In this document: positions 21,606 through 32,800 of the stretch, piece by piece
Position numbering within the stretch: position 1 is the stretch's first letter
How the letters are laid out: each line of letters opens with the position of its first letter
Assembly: GCA_021159885.1 (NCBI GenBank)
Contig: JAGHDO010000068.1
Span: 16,118 to 80,117, forward strand
DNA: 64,000 nt
Reading direction: 5' to 3'
From: Synergistota bacterium
GTDB lineage: Bacteria; Synergistota; GBS-1
The notes under the pieces: model-generated
Told to the model about the DNA's origin: nothing
Seen by the model: only the letters and a program-made list of their open reading frames with translations
Database searches by the model: none
Translations under genes and position numbers: made by a program

Positions 21606-22983
21606 CCTTTCCCTTACCTCCCCGCTTCTTCTTTACCCATCCCTCTATATTAACTTGCTTGCTTCTCGCTATAGCGAGACTATCCGGAGGAACATTCTTA
21701 GTTATCACGGAACCTGCCCCAGTCATAGCTCCCCTTCCAAGCTTAACTGGTGCTACCAGCATCGTATCGCTCCCTATAAAGACATCATCCTCTATATAGG
21801 TTGGGTTCTTCCTCACACCATCATAATTACAGGTTATAGTCCCCGCACCGACGTTGACCCGCTGACCTATAGTAGCATCTCCTATATAGGAAAGATGAGG
21901 CACCTTACTATCCCTTCCTATAAAGCTTTTCTTCACCTCGACGAATTTACCTACGTAAGCACCCTCATCCATAACGGTCTCAGGCCTAAGGTAGGCAAAC
22001 GGTCCCACCTCACATCCCCGTGATATCTTGCTCCCCTCTATAACAACATTTTCCCTTATAATAACCTCATCTTCTATCTCACTATCCAATATTCTAACGT
22101 TCGGGCCTATCTTACACCCCTTTCCTATCTTCGTTCTTCCCTCTATGAAAGTCATAGGATAGATTATCGTATCCTTGCCCACTTGAACCTCGGGATGTAT
22201 GTAGGTAGTACTTGGATCCTTAATAGTAACTCCCTCTTCAAGCATAAGCTCATCGAGCTTTCTTTTAATTAGCTCTTTCTCCAGGAATGCCAACGCCTTC
22301 CTATCATTAACCCCCATGACCTCAAGAGGATCTGAAACGGGAATGGCATTGACCCTGAATCCTCCTTCAACCGCTATTTCTATTAAATCGGTAAGGTAAT
22401 ACTCCCCTTGAGCGTTCTCTCTTCCAACCTTAACTATAAAGTCCCGAAGAAATGGGACATCAAAAGCGTAGATCCCCGCGTTTACCTCCTTCACTTCCTT
22501 CTCCTCATAGCTTGCGTCGGGTTCTTCCACTATTTTAACGACCTCTCCCCCCGCCTTTCTAATTACCCTACCGTAGTCCGTTGGATCATCCAAAATCACA
22601 CTTAAAAAGGTTATGATATTCCCCTCCTTATCATGATAGGAGATCAATTCTTTCAGTGTCTCAGAGGAGACGAGAGGAACATCCCCCGGAAGCACAACGA
22701 GAAGATCATCATCTTTCCAGAAATCATAAGCCACTCTCACAGCATCTCCAGTGCCCCTTTGCTCGCTCTGCCAGATAATTTTAACTTCCTCACCGAAGAG
22801 CAGATCCTCGATCATCTCACCGTTATATCCCACAACAACACCTACATTTCCCTCAAGTTCCTTGAGCGTTTCAATCAAATAAGAAAGCATAGGCTTCCCG
22901 CAGAGCTCATGAAGCACCTTCGGTATAGAGGTTTTCATTCTCTTCCCCTTACCAGCAGCGAGAATTAAAAATGACCTTTTCAT
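21598..22983 (-). CDS. glmU: bifunctional UDP-GlcNAc pyrophosphorylase / GlcN-1-P N-acetyltransferase
   Basis: LAAGKGKRM nucleotidyltransferase motif plus C-terminal left-handed beta-helix hexapeptide repeats. A TATAAT sits 7 nt upstream of the ATG. Confidence 0.9.
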   Translation of the reverse strand: MKRSFLILAAGKGKRMKTSIPKVLHELCGKPMLSYLIETLKELEGNVGVVVGYNGEMIEDLLFGEEVKIIWQSEQRGTGDAVRVAYDFWKDDDLLVVLPGDVPLVSSETLKELISYHDKEGNIITFLSVILDDPTDYGRVIRKAGGEVVKIVEEPDASYEEKEVKEVNAGIYAFDVPFLRDFIVKVGRENAQGEYYLTDLIEIAVEGGFRVNAIPVSDPLEVMGVNDRKALAFLEKELIKRKLDELMLEEGVTIKDPSTTYIHPEVQVGKDTIIYPMTFIEGRTKIGKGCKIGPNVRILDSEIEDEVIIRENVVIEGSKISRGCEVGPFAYLRPETVMDEGAYVGKFVEVKKSFIGRDSKVPHLSYIGDATIGQRVNVGAGTITCNYDGVRKNPTYIEDDVFIGSDTMLVAPVKLGRGAMTGAGSVITKNVPPDSLAIARSKQVNIEGWVKKKRGGKGKDG

Positions 22984-23020
22984 GCTCTTAATTATAGCAC
23001 ACCAAAAATATAAAAAATTT

Positions 23021-23095
23021 TGGCTGGGGCGCCAGGATTCGAACCTGGACCGCAGGATCCAAAGTCCTGTGTGCTGCCATTTACACCACGCCCCA
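23021..23095 (-). tRNA. tRNA-Gln (anticodon TTG), CCA encoded
   Basis: The reverse complement folds as a cloverleaf: 7-bp acceptor TGGGGCG/CGCCCCA, anticodon stem CAGGA/TCCTG with loop CTTTGGA, T-arm CCAGG-TTCGAAT-CCTGG, 3' GCCA. Confidence 0.85.
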
Positions 23096-23149
23096 ACCTT
23101 GGCAAAATCTAATTATAGCAAATATCTTGGAAAAAGAAAAGTCCAAGAT

Positions 23150-23530
23150 TCACACTGGGCTTATACAGCTTTCCCTGATATCTTTTATCCGATTATTCTC
23201 ATCGACGAAAACGAGCTTTACGATCACGCCACGCTTTATCTCCTCCGGAGAATACCAAGCATATGCAGCTATTATAATTTTGTCCCCTACTTCTCCTAAG
23301 CGCGCTGCAGCCCCATTTAAGACAACTTCCCCTTTGCTCCGTTCTCCAGGTATTATGTAGGTCTCAAATCGAGCCCCATTCGATATATTGTAAACCCAGA
23401 CGCTCTCAAAGGGCGACAATCCAGCAGCTTCCATGAGATCGGGATCAAGCGTGAGGCTACCTTCATATTCAAGATCTCTGCCTGTGATACGAGCTCTGTG
23501 AATCTTAGATTTTAGAAATTTTTCAAGCAT
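23150..23530 (-). CDS. panD: aspartate 1-decarboxylase
   Basis: [29 protein letters not shown] matches the PanD N-terminus including the GS self-cleavage site. The track ORF is extended 31 codons upstream. Confidence 0.85.
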   Translation of the reverse strand: MLEKFLKSKIHRARITGRDLEYEGSLTLDPDLMEAAGLSPFESVWVYNISNGARFETYIIPGERSKGEVVLNGAAARLGEVGDKIIIAAYAWYSPEEIKRGVIVKLVFVDENNRIKDIRESCISPV

Positions 23531-24353
23531 TCTCATCACCACCCAAGATTGCATTATCAATAAGCCTCGCTGAACCAACATAAACTGCCAACGCAAGTAA
23601 AGTAGGTCCTGAAACATCCTCAACCGGTTTTAGCGTCTCAGGATCCCTGAACTCAACATAATCTATTTTGGTATAGGGGTGAGAAGATATCAATTTTACA
23701 ATTTCCTCCTTAAGCTCGCTGACGCTCCTTATCCCCTGAGAAACGAGCTCCTTCGCTTTAAGTATAGATTTATAAAGACACAAAGCAGACTTCCTTTCCT
23801 CAGGTGAAAGATACACATTTCTTGAACTCATGGCAAGGCCGTCGGGTTCTCTGACTATAGGATGCCCTATGATCTCTATCCCAAGATTAAGATCTTTTAC
23901 CATCCTCTTTACAATCAAGTATTGCTGATAATCCTTCAATCCAAAGATAGCAACGTGTGGTTTCACTATATTAAAAAGCTTTAAGACAACCGTTGTAACC
24001 CCTCTAAAGTGCCCAGGTCTTGAAGCCCCACACATGGGTTTAGATAGCTCCTTAACCTCAACATAAGTCTGAAAACCTTCCGGGTACATATCGTCTACGC
24101 TTGGCGCGAATAGGACATCGACTCCCACTTTCTCAGCGAGCTTCCTATCCCTTTCAAGGTCTCGAGGATAACGCTCAAAATCTTCAGAAGGCCCAAACTG
24201 AATTGGATTAACGAAAACGCTAACCACCAGTTTATCGCAAAGCTTCCTTCCAAGACGCATCAAGGAAAGATGCGCTTCATGGAAGTAACCCATTGTGGGA
24301 ACCAAGCAAACTCTATATCTATTTTCACGAAAATGATTTGCTAAAGACTGCAT
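23523..24353 (-). CDS. panC: pantoate--beta-alanine ligase
   Basis: [17 protein letters not shown]-like motif and PanC core. Confidence 0.9.
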   Translation of the reverse strand: MQSLANHFRENRYRVCLVPTMGYFHEAHLSLMRLGRKLCDKLVVSVFVNPIQFGPSEDFERYPRDLERDRKLAEKVGVDVLFAPSVDDMYPEGFQTYVEVKELSKPMCGASRPGHFRGVTTVVLKLFNIVKPHVAIFGLKDYQQYLIVKRMVKDLNLGIEIIGHPIVREPDGLAMSSRNVYLSPEERKSALCLYKSILKAKELVSQGIRSVSELKEEIVKLISSHPYTKIDYVEFRDPETLKPVEDVSGPTLLALAVYVGSARLIDNAILGGDENA

Positions 24354-24412
24354 TTCAGAAACATCCGCTATTAACTTTACGATTCCTCGCCTCCTTTCTC
24401 AAAGATATAATA

Positions 24413-25402
24413 CTACAACATCCTCTTCTTAACAACACCATTCAGAAAGTAGTTAACTACTCTGGGATCGAAAACGCTTCCCGACAAGGACTCAACTTGG
24501 AGCGCAGCGCTCTCAATCGTGTGAATCACACCGAGCCTTCCTGAAAGAAGAGCATCGAAAAAGTTGGAAACGGAAACTATTCGAGCATAGTTAGTTATCC
24601 TTCCCCTCTCAAGATTTCTTGGATATCCTCCACCTCCAAAACGCTCATGATGCTGATAAGCCACGTGAGCCACCGTGAGAGGCAAGGTTCTTATGCTTCT
24701 TAATATTCCATAACCTATTAAAGTATGCATAGATGTTAGAAAATCAACCCCATCAGTACTTAAAAAGGGATTTAAGAAAAAGGATTCGGGATCGAGGAAC
24801 AGCTTTCCAAGATCGTGAAAAAGGGCTCCCACACCTATCTCCCATATACTCCTTACTTTATACCCCATAGCCAGAGCGGTAAACATTGAAAGAACGCATG
24901 CATTAAGCCAGTGCTCCCAGAGCATTCCACCTTCTTCATAAGTAAAGCTACCTAAGCTCAGGAGCTTTCTGTCCCCTTTGAAGATCTCACGCAATAGCGC
25001 CGAAACTACCTTTCCCCCCACATTTATAAAAAGCTCTATTCTCGATTTTCTATCCGGAGGAAGCCTACCGAGCTTCTTTAAAAGCATATCGGCATTTTCC
25101 CAATCGAGCCCTTGAACGACGGTGCTCCTTAAGGAATAAAGCGTTCTTCTTAGACCAAGATAGATCTTCCTTATATCATAGAGAAAGGGGTTGTCCATCG
25201 ATTCCTTTGTCGCTTCGTAAAGCTCCTTCTCCTCCTCGCTTTCAAAGACTATAACGTGCGTAATTGAAAATCTCTTAAGGCTTTTGACCTGTTTAACTCC
25301 AAGAACTACCCCTCTTCTTAAAAGAGGATTACCATCCGGGGTATAGATACTTCTTGCCAGGATCATTTCTCCCTTAACATCGTCGAGGTTTATTACCTTC
25401 AA
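24413..25402 (-). CDS. HD-GYP domain c-di-GMP phosphodiesterase with unknown N-terminal domain
   Basis: HDLGK ... HHERFGGGGYP motifs. Confidence 0.8.
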   Translation of the reverse strand: MKVINLDDVKGEMILARSIYTPDGNPLLRRGVVLGVKQVKSLKRFSITHVIVFESEEEKELYEATKESMDNPFLYDIRKIYLGLRRTLYSLRSTVVQGLDWENADMLLKKLGRLPPDRKSRIELFINVGGKVVSALLREIFKGDRKLLSLGSFTYEEGGMLWEHWLNACVLSMFTALAMGYKVRSIWEIGVGALFHDLGKLFLDPESFFLNPFLSTDGVDFLTSMHTLIGYGILRSIRTLPLTVAHVAYQHHERFGGGGYPRNLERGRITNYARIVSVSNFFDALLSGRLGVIHTIESAALQVESLSGSVFDPRVVNYFLNGVVKKRML

Positions 25403-26249
25403 GGGCCTTTACCACTTTCTGAATCGCTTCCTCGGGTGAAGAAGCGAAATCAACGAAACTATACTTAGAGGAGTAATATCTTATCCTCGCCATTTCCCTA
25501 TCGTTCTGGGGAACTCCTACGGTAATTTTTTCGAGAAAAACTGAATATGCAAAGGTGAGACCACCAGAAGAGACAACCGCGGAGGAGATCCTATAAAGCG
25601 GGGAGAGATCTCGAAGAGATCGATAAAGACGCAAATTACTCGGGAGATCTCTTTTCTCAAAAAGGTTATAGTCCGGATTAAGAGGACCGAAGACGACATG
25701 GAAGTTAAGTCCAAAGGAGCTCGTCCTTTTAATTAGGCTCTCTACCGCTCTCCTTGTATAGGACCTTGGATCTGATCCTCCGAAAGCTATGAGAATGTCT
25801 ATATCTTCTACAGCCTCCCCTTTAAGAAGCCTTATATTCTTAGGAGGATAAACGTAATCCCAGCCGCTAAAAATATAAGTCGCTTTTGCCCCTGCAGACT
25901 CAAGGGGAAGAAAATCGGGATAAATTAGAACATCAACCTTTTCACGGAAATCCCCGCGATTATCGAAAAGAACCCTTATTGAATCAGACGATAAAGATGA
26001 CATTTCAGTTGCAGGATCAACTTCATCGGGAAGATCAATAATGACCATATCAGCCCCTCTCCTACCAGATCCAAAGGAAACCCTTATTCCTCTCTCTCTC
26101 AAATCTGAGGCAATAAAAAGAGATCTATAAACATGACCAAGACCGCTCCTTCTCGATCCCCCGCACAGAAAAGCAACAGATGGATTCTCACGCTCTTTTA
26201 AAAGCCTAACGAGGATCCTAAGAAGCTGAGGTTCTCTATAGCTTTCCAT
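25374..26249 (-). CDS. PseG/SpsG-like glycosyltransferase-family-28 C-terminal-domain protein (UDP-sugar hydrolase/transferase)
   Basis: GGSRRSGLGHVYRSLFIASDL and IAFGGSDPRSY resemble the PseG/SpsG motifs. Confidence 0.45.
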   Translation of the reverse strand: MESYREPQLLRILVRLLKERENPSVAFLCGGSRRSGLGHVYRSLFIASDLRERGIRVSFGSGRRGADMVIIDLPDEVDPATEMSSLSSDSIRVLFDNRGDFREKVDVLIYPDFLPLESAGAKATYIFSGWDYVYPPKNIRLLKGEAVEDIDILIAFGGSDPRSYTRRAVESLIKRTSSFGLNFHVVFGPLNPDYNLFEKRDLPSNLRLYRSLRDLSPLYRISSAVVSSGGLTFAYSVFLEKITVGVPQNDREMARIRYYSSKYSFVDFASSPEEAIQKVVKALEGNKPRRC

Positions 26250-28389
26250 TCCTCTCCCTCAAGATCTCGAGGAAAATATCTGCAAGAACCGGATCAAACT
26301 GCTTTCCCCGATTTTCCCTTATCTCCCGCATTGCCTTCTCAAGCGAGAGAGCGCTTCTATAAGGTCTATCTGAAACCATGGCATCAAAGGAATCAGCGAG
26401 TGATAAAATCCTAACGCCTATGGGGATCTCCTCACCCTTAAGGCCATCAGGATACCCCTTACCATCCCATCTCTCATGATGCCACCTCACCCACTTCGCA
26501 ACCTCTTTAAAGAGAGAGATAGGTCTTAATATCTCCTCTCCGAGAATGGGGTGCTTTTTAACCATATCATACTCCTCATCCGTGAGCTTCCCCGGCTTGT
26601 TAAGTATTCTTCCAGGAACTCCTATCTTGCCTATATCATGTAGCACCGCAGCATACCTCAGATTCTTCTTGTCCTTAGGGCTTAGCCCAACCTTATCTGC
26701 CAGAAGCAGTGCCCACTTCATAACCCTCTCGCAGTGTCCATGAGTATAAGGATCCTTCATTTCTATCGTTTTCGCAAGCGCCAGCGTTATAGAGAAATAA
26801 AGCTCCTCTCTTTCCAAAACGTGAGCAAATAGATTCGCAAGTATAGTGAGAGCCTCTATATCTTGTGGCAGTATCTTCTCCCCTGTGGTTGTAACCGTAA
26901 GAACGCCATATATTTTGCCGTCTTTCTTTATCGGCACAGAAAGCTGTCCCTTTACTCTATCATCCCACTTAAGATAAAGAGGATCCTTTTCAACATCTCG
27001 CGCTATATAGGGTCTTTCGGTGCGGAAGACCTCAGAAACTATGTTACTTTCGCTAAGAGCAATCTCCCTGTCTTTGAATTCCTCAGGAAGACCACACGAG
27101 GCAATCTGATGAAGATATCCATCCTTTTCAAGCAAAAGCATCACTGATAGATATTTTAACTCCTTACAAAGCATTTTAACGAGCTCATTAGCCGCTTCTT
27201 CCATCTCAACGAGAGCGGTGAACCTCCTTGAAATCCCATAAAGTAGAAGCAAACGTGAGTGCGTCGCCCTAAGCGACTGTAGATATCTGATTCTCTCCAT
27301 AGAGACCTCCATAAGTCCAGCTATGGCCTTCATGATCTCTAGATCCTCCTCATCAAACCTTTCTACTTCCTCACCTTCTATTACTATCACTCCCACAACT
27401 TTATCGCGAAGCTTAAGCGGTACCGCCATACCGCTACACATCATCGGACAAACCGCTTTGTGAGATGAGCAGGTAAAATCCTTGACCACAACGGGCTCCC
27501 CCGTCAAAAAAGCTTTCTCTACCATACTATTTCCATCAAACCTGAGCTCCAGTCCCTCACACCTCCCACTTAGCTTACCCGCACCGCAGATGTGCTTGAG
27601 CGACTCTCCCTCCTTTAAGAAGATAGCCACATTAACCGCTCTTAAATGATGCATTATTAGAGAAACAAGGGTTTCCATAAATTCCTTTTCACTGCCGTAT
27701 CTTCTCCCGAGGTTGCGAGCTACATCATAGAGAATGAAGAATCTCCTGTTTGTCTTCTGAAGGGATGTTATAATTTCCGCCTTACTCAAGAATACCGCCA
27801 TCTTAAGGGCGATGACCCTCCAGAAGTTAGTTTCCACTTCCAGATCGCTCTTTCCATAAAGAACTTTGACCCGGAGCACGCCCCGATTCTCAGTGCCATA
27901 AGAAATAGGAGTATAAAGAAACTCACCTTTCCTCAAGACATCCCTTTTCTCAAAAACCTCCTCTAAAGCATAAGCGATATCCTCACCCACATCTTCCAAA
28001 ACCACCGTTTCAGAAACAAGCTTGACCTCCTTAAAGCTTCCTTTATCATAAATGAAAACTCTCACATCGCTATCTTTCATGCGCCACTTAAAAAACAAAA
28101 TGGCTTCCTTTAAAACCGCAAGCTTCGTCAAAGCGCTACCAAGCTTTGAAGCAAATTCGGCTATTATGCGTCCAAATTCCTCCCTTCTTCTTATCCTTTT
28201 AACATCGTATAAATAAACCTTCCATACGAGAAAGGCAAGCAAAAGCAATATTAGAAGATCTATCCAATCTCTGTGAACGGAAAAGCCAAAGAAAGCGAGT
28301 AGAAATCCAATAATTACTCCAATAAGCAAGCCGAAAGCGCCTCTCACCGCTCCATCATCCCCCCTTTCATCCTCTTTAATATCTCCCAT
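26236..28389 (-). CDS. membrane-anchored GAF-GAF-HD-GYP c-di-GMP phosphodiesterase
   Basis: N-terminal TM helices, two GAF-like regions, HDIGK ... HHERWDGKGYP. Confidence 0.8.
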   Translation of the reverse strand: MGDIKEDERGDDGAVRGAFGLLIGVIIGFLLAFFGFSVHRDWIDLLILLLLAFLVWKVYLYDVKRIRRREEFGRIIAEFASKLGSALTKLAVLKEAILFFKWRMKDSDVRVFIYDKGSFKEVKLVSETVVLEDVGEDIAYALEEVFEKRDVLRKGEFLYTPISYGTENRGVLRVKVLYGKSDLEVETNFWRVIALKMAVFLSKAEIITSLQKTNRRFFILYDVARNLGRRYGSEKEFMETLVSLIMHHLRAVNVAIFLKEGESLKHICGAGKLSGRCEGLELRFDGNSMVEKAFLTGEPVVVKDFTCSSHKAVCPMMCSGMAVPLKLRDKVVGVIVIEGEEVERFDEEDLEIMKAIAGLMEVSMERIRYLQSLRATHSRLLLLYGISRRFTALVEMEEAANELVKMLCKELKYLSVMLLLEKDGYLHQIASCGLPEEFKDREIALSESNIVSEVFRTERPYIARDVEKDPLYLKWDDRVKGQLSVPIKKDGKIYGVLTVTTTGEKILPQDIEALTILANLFAHVLEREELYFSITLALAKTIEMKDPYTHGHCERVMKWALLLADKVGLSPKDKKNLRYAAVLHDIGKIGVPGRILNKPGKLTDEEYDMVKKHPILGEEILRPISLFKEVAKWVRWHHERWDGKGYPDGLKGEEIPIGVRILSLADSFDAMVSDRPYRSALSLEKAMREIRENRGKQFDPVLADIFLEILRERNGKL

Positions 28390-28961
28390 TCAGGATCCCT
28401 CCATAGAAATCCTACCTCAGGTAAAAGAGAACCCATATACTTGCTTCTCGCTTTCTCGTAGTCCCTGATTTCCCTGCCTTTAACCTCATGAAACACGAGC
28501 TGTGCTATCCTCGTTCCAGGGTAAAGATAAAGAGGCGCTACTCCAAGGTTAGCGAGCTCAAGTGTTATAACTCCCCTGTATCCTGGTGAGACGACGGTAG
28601 CGGTGGCAACAACGAGTCCCAATCTCCCCCATGAAGACCTTCCCTCAACGTAAGCCATATACCTATCGCTCAATGCTATATACTCAAGGGTACTCGAGAG
28701 GGCAAAGTCCCCAGGGTGGAGAACAAAAGCTTGTCCCGGCTCAAGAAAAACTCTCTCGCCAAGCATAGGCAAAAAGGGGGCATCTCCTCCAAGAGGGTCA
28801 AAAGCCCCCATAACTCTCTTTCTGAAGAGAACGAAATCAAGCCCTAACCTTACATCGAGGCTTCCTTTTCCCACCTGAAGAGAGGAGTCAAGCAAGGGTA
28901 TTACCTTTATATCGCCGCTTTCTAAAGCCTTAATTATCTCCTGAGAGGGAATTACCGACAT
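28344..28961 (-). CDS. dcd: dCTP deaminase
   Basis: SPGYRGVITLELANLG and overall dCTP deaminase/dUTPase fold motifs. Confidence 0.85.
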   Translation of the reverse strand: MSVIPSQEIIKALESGDIKVIPLLDSSLQVGKGSLDVRLGLDFVLFRKRVMGAFDPLGGDAPFLPMLGERVFLEPGQAFVLHPGDFALSSTLEYIALSDRYMAYVEGRSSWGRLGLVVATATVVSPGYRGVITLELANLGVAPLYLYPGTRIAQLVFHEVKGREIRDYEKARSKYMGSLLPEVGFLWRDPEWEILKRMKGGMMER

Positions 28962-29670
28962 CCTGGAATTTACGCCACTCCTTTCTAAAAGCCCTCAGTT
29001 TCAAGGTCGTTAAAATAAGCTCGCTTATTTCCTTTCTCTCGGCTCCGCTTGAGATTGCTTTCCAGCCCGCATTAAATATTTCAGGAAGAGAGAAATCGAT
29101 GGGAGGAATGGAATCCTGAAGTAAAAGAGAAGCGATATCCACTCGCTCAAAAGTAGGAACATCAAAACGTTGAATCAAAGAGATCCTGCTATCACCGTTG
29201 GGGAAAAGCGTTTCTCTTAAAGCAAACCTATAGGCGTCGCCATATCTCGAGAGAGAAGCGATATCCGCGGATTCTATGTCTTTTCCCCTCCACCGCAGGT
29301 AGAGAGAATAGAGGTAAGGATACAGCAATGGTTCCTCCGGAAATCCCTCAGGTAGCAACACCAGAAAGAAGTCATCGACGGGATAAAAGGTAGGACGTAT
29401 GCCATCATAGATTGAGACTATTGGCTTAACCCCACATTCCTCCTCCAGATAAGCTTTAAGAGCCCATGGAACACCGGTACCACAACCTCGAAGGAGATAG
29501 CGAAAGAGACGCTCTAAGAGCACGATCGCTCTTTCATCTACACCCAGTGTAAGCTTTTGTTTTATGTACCTCAATCCCTCCCTGACGGTGGATAAGCATA
29601 TGGGGAGCTTTTCGAACTCCTCTATATCAGCTCTTAGCTTCTTTAACCTGTACATCATAAGGTCTTCCAT
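28930..29670 (-). CDS. hypothetical protein, translationally coupled to dcd
   Basis: 246 aa with no motif I can name. Overlaps dcd by 32 nt. TATAAT lies 9 nt upstream of the ATG. Confidence 0.4.
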   Translation of the reverse strand: MEDLMMYRLKKLRADIEEFEKLPICLSTVREGLRYIKQKLTLGVDERAIVLLERLFRYLLRGCGTGVPWALKAYLEEECGVKPIVSIYDGIRPTFYPVDDFFLVLLPEGFPEEPLLYPYLYSLYLRWRGKDIESADIASLSRYGDAYRFALRETLFPNGDSRISLIQRFDVPTFERVDIASLLLQDSIPPIDFSLPEIFNAGWKAISSGAERKEISELILTTLKLRAFRKEWRKFQDVGNSLSGDN

Positions 29671-29694
29671 AACAAACTCATTATAGCATATGTG

Positions 29695-29735
29695 CGAAAA
29701 ATAAAGGGAGAACCTCTAAAACGGGAGGTTCTCCC
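29695..29735 (-). terminator. intrinsic terminator downstream of tRNA-Ala
   Basis: 11-bp stem GGGAGAACCTC/GAGGTTCTCCC (29706-29735) followed on the minus strand by UUUAUUUUU. Confidence 0.5.
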
Positions 29736-29748
29736 TATTTTCCCTTTC

Positions 29749-29823
29749 TGGTGGAGCTGGCGGGAATTGAACCCGCGACCTCTTCCATGCCAAGGAAGCG
29801 CGCTCCCACTGCGCCACAGCCCC
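29749..29823 (-). tRNA. tRNA-Ala (anticodon GGC), CCA encoded
   Basis: The reverse complement folds as a cloverleaf with the G3:U70 Ala identity pair, anticodon stem CTTCC/GGAAG with loop TTGGCAT, T-arm GCGGG-TTCAATT-CCCGC. Confidence 0.9.
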
Positions 29824-29837
29824 AAAAGTCATATGTT

Positions 29838-29866
29838 ATTATAAGGTCAGAGAAAGAACTTGTCAA
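29838..29866 (-). promoter_or_regulatory. consensus sigma-70-type promoter for tRNA-Ala
   Basis: Minus strand reads TTGACA, a 17-nt spacer, then TATAAT, ending about 14 nt upstream of the tRNA 5' end. Confidence 0.6.
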
Positions 29867-29883
29867 GCAAGAATAGGATTTTC

Positions 29884-32800
29884 CTAAAGCAGGTGTCTAC
29901 GGAGTATGAGCAAGAAAACGGGAAGCGTAAGGAAAAAGCTTCCTATCCATCTCAGCTCCAGGGATCCAAAAGAGCATCCTCCACCGCTTTTCCGCATTAC
30001 TATAAGATCTTTCTCCACAACGGCGTATTGATTTGTGGAACCAAGAATTTTCATCACTATTTTATGAACCCCAGGTTCATCCGGTATAAGCGAAACTCTA
30101 ATCGGATGATAGCTATGAGGCTCTATTCCCGGTATATACTCCTGATCGAATATAACTTTGGTTCCATCAGGCTTCTCGTCGTAGAAATTAACAAAAGCAT
30201 CAACAACGCTCTGATCTGATGTGTTCTGTATATCCGCGAAGACATCCAGCCTTTCTCCTATCATCACCTTGGGCGAACTGAACTCCAGCTTACCATCGAG
30301 CTCCTTAAGCAAATCCTCTCCCGAATAAATCCCTACTACTGTCTGAGGCTTCGTGTAAACATACACATAGAACCATCCTTCATTATTGCTGTACTCATCT
30401 TCATTATCATGCTTAGGTATTTCTTTTATCTCATCATCTGGATCAAGCGTTACATGAATTTTATAAAGCCCATCGGGAACGTTAGAAATATCCCATGTTA
30501 TCTCAGCAAATTTCCAGTTCTTACCGTCACCAAAAGCCGGTATCTCATCAACGGTAACGGTCCCAATGGTAGTTCTGTTAGTCTCTTTTTGATGGACTGG
30601 ATCATACTTAGCATACTCAAACTTTACCTTAAGATCTTTAACCGTAACATCTGCATATGTGTTATATATCGCAAAGTTATATACCCTACACTTTATCGTA
30701 ACCTGCTTGGTCTCGTCCTTGTAAAGAACTTGACCCAAGGGATAACCGTTCTCATCACAGAAGAACATTCCCCTTATCTGCGTCGCATCAGGTGCGTCGT
30801 TCCTTTCCCACTCATCTTCCTCCGTTTCCTTATTTAACCTCACCCACTTCCAGAACTTGGGAAGAGCAAGCGCAGGATCGGGAGCTACACCATAGCGTGG
30901 TAGCCACCAGTTATTCAGGGTATCCTGGGAGATCTTAACCACGTAAGAAAGCTTTAGCAACCCGGTATCGGTTGTGTAAACAAACGGGTGTATCTCATAA
31001 CTGTATTCCGAGTTCAAAACCGGAACCTTGATGGTAAAACCGGATGTTTTTGTTATATCCGTCTCATTTATGGTCGTATTCGTAAAGCTATCATCCCACT
31101 TGAAACGAAGCTCACCGGATACCTTAACGCCAAATATCTTCTTTATCTTCCCTCCGAGGGAGATCGAGATATCCAGATCCTTCTGATTCTTCTTCTTAAA
31201 GATACTTTTATTTCCGTTTTTGACCTCATCCGTCCAAGAAACATCCCATGTAAATTTATCCCCTCCAAGCGTAAAGCTCGTTTCCTGAGTGAGGAGATTA
31301 TTTTCGTCAAAATCATCAATTTGAGAGGTATCCATTGGGTATGACATTAATATTCCATTAACGTGAACCGGTTGATACCATTCCAGATTCCTTCCAGGAA
31401 CGTTAGCCGTCTCAACCGGACCAGGAACCACAACCTGATAGAATATTTGATGGCCATCATCATCCTGACGACCTATTATGGGATATCGCCATATATCCAC
31501 CTCCTGACACCTAAAAGCAACATAATCATCAGTCTTCGTCGAAGCCTCTACGCCAGTTTCAGTCTCATCGAGTTCTTTCTGATAGGTTTCGTTCGTTTTA
31601 TACCAGGATTGGGTAAATTTCGCCTTAACACCCTCTTGGAATTTAAAGACCTTAAGATTTACTCCTCCCTTTTCGCCCACCTTTTCGCTTCTCGCGAAGC
31701 TACTATAGGTTTTCTGCTTAGTAGTAACAGCCGATTCTTGCGTATCCTTATCCTCAAACTCGGTATAAAGGAAGGACATTCTCGTGCAGTTTATGACCTT
31801 ATACTTCCCATCATCATCCTGCGTGTAATCAAGGTGTTTGGGGGGCTCCTGCATCACCACAAGAGGCGTGATCATCTTATCCATAACTATGTGCGTCGGA
31901 GGACCGAGAAGGAGACTATCATCATCCACATCACCTATGGTCATCGTTGCAAGAGCGTCGGGATTGAAATTGTCCGGTGTCACATCGGTTAGCACATAAT
32001 GTAAAGCATCGTTATAGAAATAGCAGGTAAGAAGACCGAGCTTGGAAGCAGAGCCGTCATATGATTGAAATTTAAGCAAAACATAAAGAGCGTTCTTTTG
32101 ATAGGGAGGATTAGTTGGCGTATATTCACCCGTTATATTACCGAAAGCAGAATCACACACCTCCATGTTAAACATCTGGAAATCCCTAAGACGCATCGTG
32201 ATATGTCTAACTTTAGAATCTTGGGGAGAAACGACAAAGAGATCACCCGATACCACGTCTTTATAAAAGTTAACGATTATAATCTCCTCATTACCGTCTC
32301 CGTCTATATCGCCAGATTTAACAGCCATACCCACAAATTCATCTTCATTAACATCACAGGACTCATCTATCCTCTTTCCAAATATCTTCTTTAGATGATT
32401 ATCATCCGTTACCTTATAGATTTCAACATGCGTGGGATTGAAGTAAGTATTTTCCCATTGAAGCGAAACTATCGCTATTTCATCTTTCCCATCATTATCA
32501 TAATCTCCCGCCGTTATTCCATAGAAAAATGGCCTATCAAGCGGATGAAGCTGGGTCTCCTCACTCAATATTTTGTCAAAGTCAAGCGTATCGGTATCAA
32601 ATTGAGTTTCGCACTTAAGCACAACAATTTTGTAGTTTTTATTATTTCCCTGAGGAATGAGAATCGCAACTTCTGGCATGCTATCTCCATCCACATCAGC
32701 AAGCGTGGCTAAGGGAGCGTAACCGTGCCAGTCCTCTCCAATACCAAGCACATCATAATCCGGTACAAAGGAGTTGAGCGATGAGAGATCACAAAGGGTT

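Noticed and set aside
23096-23150. Promoter for tRNA-Gln (TATAAT at 23112-23117 on the minus strand).
   Set aside because: The -10 is a perfect TATAAT but no acceptable -35 lies at 16-18 nt spacing (TTGGAC is 23 nt away). Left as unconfirmed rather than called a feature.
30409-32712. A run of plus-strand ORFs (105-209 aa) rich in I/L/K/N/Y/F.
   Set aside because: They lie entirely inside the 1159-aa minus-strand gene. The AT-rich antisense frames there are simply stop-poor. They have no SD and no recognisable sequence features.
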